From assembly GCA_004375895.1 (NCBI GenBank), contig SOJW01000035.1:42264-106263 (forward strand): a DNA stretch of 64,000 nucleotides. The letters run 5' to 3'. The stretch comes from Candidatus Stahliibacteriota bacterium. Its GTDB lineage: Bacteria > Hydrothermota > Tepidihabitantia > B3-TA06. The notes beneath the pieces are model-generated. The model saw only the letters and a list, made by a program, of their open reading frames with translations, did not search any database and was not told the origin of the DNA. Of this stretch, positions 61,325 through 64,000 are shown one piece after another. The translations under genes and the position numbers were made by a program. How positions within the stretch are numbered: the first letter of the stretch is position 1; each line of letters opens with the position of its first letter.

Positions 61325-62730
61325 GACGGATTCTAACGTTTAGCGGGATAGTCTTAGTAATTGCCCTGATTGACTGCCATCAGGAACCAGAGATTATAGG
61401 TACTTACCTTGCAGTTTCCTCAACCCCCCAAGGCGCGGATGTATATATAGACGACAGTCTTACTGAATATCAGACCAATTGCGTGATCCCTGACATCGAA
61501 CCCGGTGAATACAAGATTAGCCTGAAACTCTACGATTTCCCGGAGTGGTCAACGGTAGTCAAGGTGGAGGAAGGTGAAACGACTAAAGTGGCCGGAATAT
61601 TCCCAACCAACGAAGGGGCCATCAAGTGGGTATACCCTCTAGGGGATTATTACCGTGGATATCAACCCGCTATAGGACCTGACGGAACCGTATACCTTTA
61701 CAAGGGGGATCTTTTTGCCCTGAATCCTGACGGGGCGATCAAATGGACGTACTCTGCAGAAGGAGGTTCAGAATGGGCTGTAGTTGGCCCGGATGGTACA
61801 ATCTACATTGAGCAAAATGAGCATGAAACGGCTAAAATCTGCGCACTTACCTCCTCGGGTTCATTAAAGTGGGAATTCCAAATCGATTCAATCCGAGCAG
61901 TTTCCACAGCTTTTGCTATTGGCGCAGAAGGGACAATTTACTTCGCAATAGATAACTGGTTGTTAAATCCCTCCAAAAGCTGGTTGTACGCTTTGACATC
62001 AAGTGGAATCCTCAAGTGGAAAAGAGAAATCACATACGCAGGTATTCCTGTGATTGGCGCTGACGGCACTGTTTATGTAAATAGTCGCCATTATCTATAC
62101 GCCTTCGATCCAGATGGAGATTTAAAGTGGGCATACCAGGGAACCGACTGGACCTCCATTCCAGCAATCGGTTCGGACGGCACCCTGTACTTCGGAGAAG
62201 GTGACTACCTGTGCGCACTTTCCCCGAATGGCATACTTAAATGGAAACATCAAACTTCTGGAACTGTCTACTCACCTTCTATCGGTAGTGAAGGGAATAT
62301 TTATTTTGCAAGCACAATCTGGGAGTGGGAAGAAGATGAATGGGGTGAAGAATGGGCACATCCGGTTGAAGCCTATCTTTACTGTTTTTCGTCTTCCGGA
62401 AATGTGCTGTGGAAAAGTGACCTGGCTCAATGGAGTGGATCAACCCCCGCCATTGGTTCCGACGGGTCTATCTATGCAACTACATTTGAAGTAATCGGGC
62501 ATGAAGAAGTCCAAAGCCTTTACGCCTTTGACTCTGAAGGAAACTTCAAATGGAAATGCGACGGACCTTCAACAACAAGTTCACCTGCAATAGGAAACGA
62601 CGGAACTATTTACGTCTACGGTTACTCTGAATTCTACGCAATCCAAAGCTCATCCTTCGGCCTTGCCTCATCCCCCTGGCCCAAGTTTGCCCACGACAAC
62701 CAGAACACAGGACGCGCTGGCGTCCCGTAG
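61321..62730 (+). CDS. Lipoprotein with a PEGA domain and a PQQ/BamB-like beta-propeller
   Basis: ATGA overlap with the upstream stop. Lipobox LIDC. PEGA-like GTYLAVSSTPQGADVYIDD...GEYKISL. Repeated DGT(I/V)Y...(L/F)xA(L/F)(D/N)xxGxxKW blades. Confidence 0.6.
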   Translation: MRRILTFSGIVLVIALIDCHQEPEIIGTYLAVSSTPQGADVYIDDSLTEYQTNCVIPDIEPGEYKISLKLYDFPEWSTVVKVEEGETTKVAGIFPTNEGAIKWVYPLGDYYRGYQPAIGPDGTVYLYKGDLFALNPDGAIKWTYSAEGGSEWAVVGPDGTIYIEQNEHETAKICALTSSGSLKWEFQIDSIRAVSTAFAIGAEGTIYFAIDNWLLNPSKSWLYALTSSGILKWKREITYAGIPVIGADGTVYVNSRHYLYAFDPDGDLKWAYQGTDWTSIPAIGSDGTLYFGEGDYLCALSPNGILKWKHQTSGTVYSPSIGSEGNIYFASTIWEWEEDEWGEEWAHPVEAYLYCFSSSGNVLWKSDLAQWSGSTPAIGSDGSIYATTFEVIGHEEVQSLYAFDSEGNFKWKCDGPSTTSSPAIGNDGTIYVYGYSEFYAIQSSSFGLASSPWPKFAHDNQNTGRAGVP

Positions 62731-62799
62731 AGGCGCTGGCGCACAATGCAAATTTCAAATTGCAAAATGCAAAATTGATCGGGCTGGACGGATAATAAT

Positions 62800-63258
62800 T
62801 CACGGTTGGAGGTGCTTTCTTACCGACTCCTCGATACTTTCAAGTGCTCCTGTCACCTCGTGGGTCAAGGGTGAGTTGAACTCAAGGCTCTGAGCCTGGA
62901 TACCTAAAAGCTCGATCTTCAAATCAGGGTGATCAACCAAAGTCATTTTAACCCAAAAGGATAAGGGCACCCCGTGGGTGGAGATGGTGCGGATGGGAAG
63001 CTGCTCGATCTCCTCGGATGTAAAAAAGCGGACCTCGCCCGGCTGGCCGCCCCAGTCGCACGCGTCTATGAGTAAGACCCTATCGGGTTTTTCTTTATCC
63101 ACAAGACCTAAAGCGTTCTCAGGAACCTCACCCGCATCCAAAAGCAGCCAGTCTTGGGGTAAGTCCATGGATTCTTTTAATCGATCAATGGCAAGCGGCC
63201 CAACCGCGTCATCGGCACGCATCCGGTTACCTACACCAACTATCAGCACCTTAGCCAT
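62800..63258 (-). CDS. Hydrogenase maturation endopeptidase (HyaD/HycI family)
   Basis: MAKVLIVGVGNRMRADDAVGPLAIDRL. No hydrogenase structural genes in the window. Confidence 0.7.
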   Translation of the reverse strand: MAKVLIVGVGNRMRADDAVGPLAIDRLKESMDLPQDWLLLDAGEVPENALGLVDKEKPDRVLLIDACDWGGQPGEVRFFTSEEIEQLPIRTISTHGVPLSFWVKMTLVDHPDLKIELLGIQAQSLEFNSPLTHEVTGALESIEESVRKHLQP

Positions 63259-64000
63259 CCACCAACCTATCGATGATCCCGGCAAGCTGACCGGTCTCGT
63301 GACGTCGCCCGAACCGGGCTATGACCCTAGGTTTGGGTTTGTAAGGGAAACGTCCCTCAAGAAGCATACGCAGGGCGTCTGTAACCCCATCAATATCTCC
63401 CTCGGGCACTACAACGCCGGTGCCAGTCTCCCGGATAAGCTCCGCGGTCTCGTGAGAAGGATTGACCACGGCCAGCACAGGCGTGCCCGAACCTATATAC
63501 TCATAGATCTTTGCAGGGACAATAAGGTGCGAATACTCCGCATGATATGGCAGCCAGGCTAGATCGGCACGTTCTAACCGCCGCATCACCTTGCGGTGGG
63601 ACAGATGCCCCAGTCTTTCAATGAAGGTAGAGACCCCGCTACGACGGATTCGCTCCTCTTCAACCGCGCTTAGCTCCCCCATTATCTCAACGCGCAACCG
63701 AGCAGGTGTAACCCCGTCCTCATCCCTCAACCGCCTGATCGCCGCGTACAGCGTCGTCCCGCGATTGATATGATCCAGTCCGAGTATACCGGTATAGCAA
63801 ATAGTTAAGGGCCTTCGTTCACGGGTGCTAGGAGTCTTACGGGCAGGTGTGCTAAGTGTGTTATGTCCTTGTGAACGGAGCGTAAGCTCCGAATAATTAT
63901 GAGAATGCCCCAAAGGGGTACGGGTACGGGTGTTACGGGTGAAATCCGCGGCGTCGAACCCGTTGGGGATGTAGTGGATACGTGTGGCAAGCCAGGGATA
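63251..64000 (-). CDS. Glycosyltransferase family 1/4 (partial, 5' end outside the window) carrying an in-frame GTTACGG/hairpin element
   Basis: The reading frame is open to the window edge (...YIPNGFDAADF). The inserted segment TRNTRTRTPLGHSHNYSELTLRSQGHNT is followed by the GT C-terminal domain (PYHAEYSHLIVPAKIYEYIGSGTPVLAV). Confidence 0.6.
   Translation of the reverse strand, partial: YPWLATRIHYIPNGFDAADFTRNTRTRTPLGHSHNYSELTLRSQGHNTLSTPARKTPSTRERRPLTICYTGILGLDHINRGTTLYAAIRRLRDEDGVTPARLRVEIMGELSAVEEERIRRSGVSTFIERLGHLSHRKVMRRLERADLAWLPYHAEYSHLIVPAKIYEYIGSGTPVLAVVNPSHETAELIRETGTGVVVPEGDIDGVTDALRMLLEGRFPYKPKPRVIARFGRRHETGQLAGIIDRLVDG
63851..63940 (-). repeat. GTTACGG/hairpin element copy (reverse complement of the tatD copy) inside the glycosyltransferase ORF
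   Basis: About 95% identity over ~80 bp to 15171-15240. The tetraloop hairpin is altered to CCCCAAAGGGG. Confidence 0.8.

Overview
The window is a 64-kb chromosomal segment of a Gram-negative bacterium, about 55% GC by eye. Two genes encode type IX secretion system (T9SS) C-terminal sorting domains, four small outer-membrane beta-barrel genes sit together at 38.4-41.1 kb, and many genes have consensus sigma70 promoters (TTGACA-16/17-TATAAT). Together these suggest an uncultured FCB-group-like organism. Housekeeping genes include ppdK, polA, tatD, rsmA/ksgA, metK-ahcY, asd, lspA and the phoH-7TM/HD-ybeY-corC block. Two tRNAs are present, tRNA-Cys(GCA) and tRNA-Gln(CUG).

Four things stand out. 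(1) A short GTTACGG-repeat/hairpin element is inserted in frame into at least four protein-coding genes (tatD, rsmA, an AhpD-like gene and a glycosyltransferase). It encodes the same peptide in two unrelated enzymes. It also recurs at gene ends and next to promoters, and once supplies a stop codon. (2) At least three families of small structured repeats show compensatory stem changes. (3) A 6.3-kb accessory island beside tRNA-Cys is built from alternating paralogous two-gene cassettes: family A is cytoplasmic and Trp-rich, family B is secreted or membrane-bound with a C-terminal leucine-rich repeat. The cassettes share promoter and 3' repeat blocks, and the tRNA-Cys promoter segment is duplicated inside the island. 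(4) A compact minus-strand operon runs flavoprotein-hdrC-hdrB-hyp-AhpD-tusA-dsrEFH-gcvH(lipoate-binding-like) and lacks hdrA. It resembles a minimal sulfur-oxidising sHdr-like sulfur-trafficking system and lies near NfnAB/SudAB genes.

No CRISPR array, rRNA gene, integrase or transposase was recognised.
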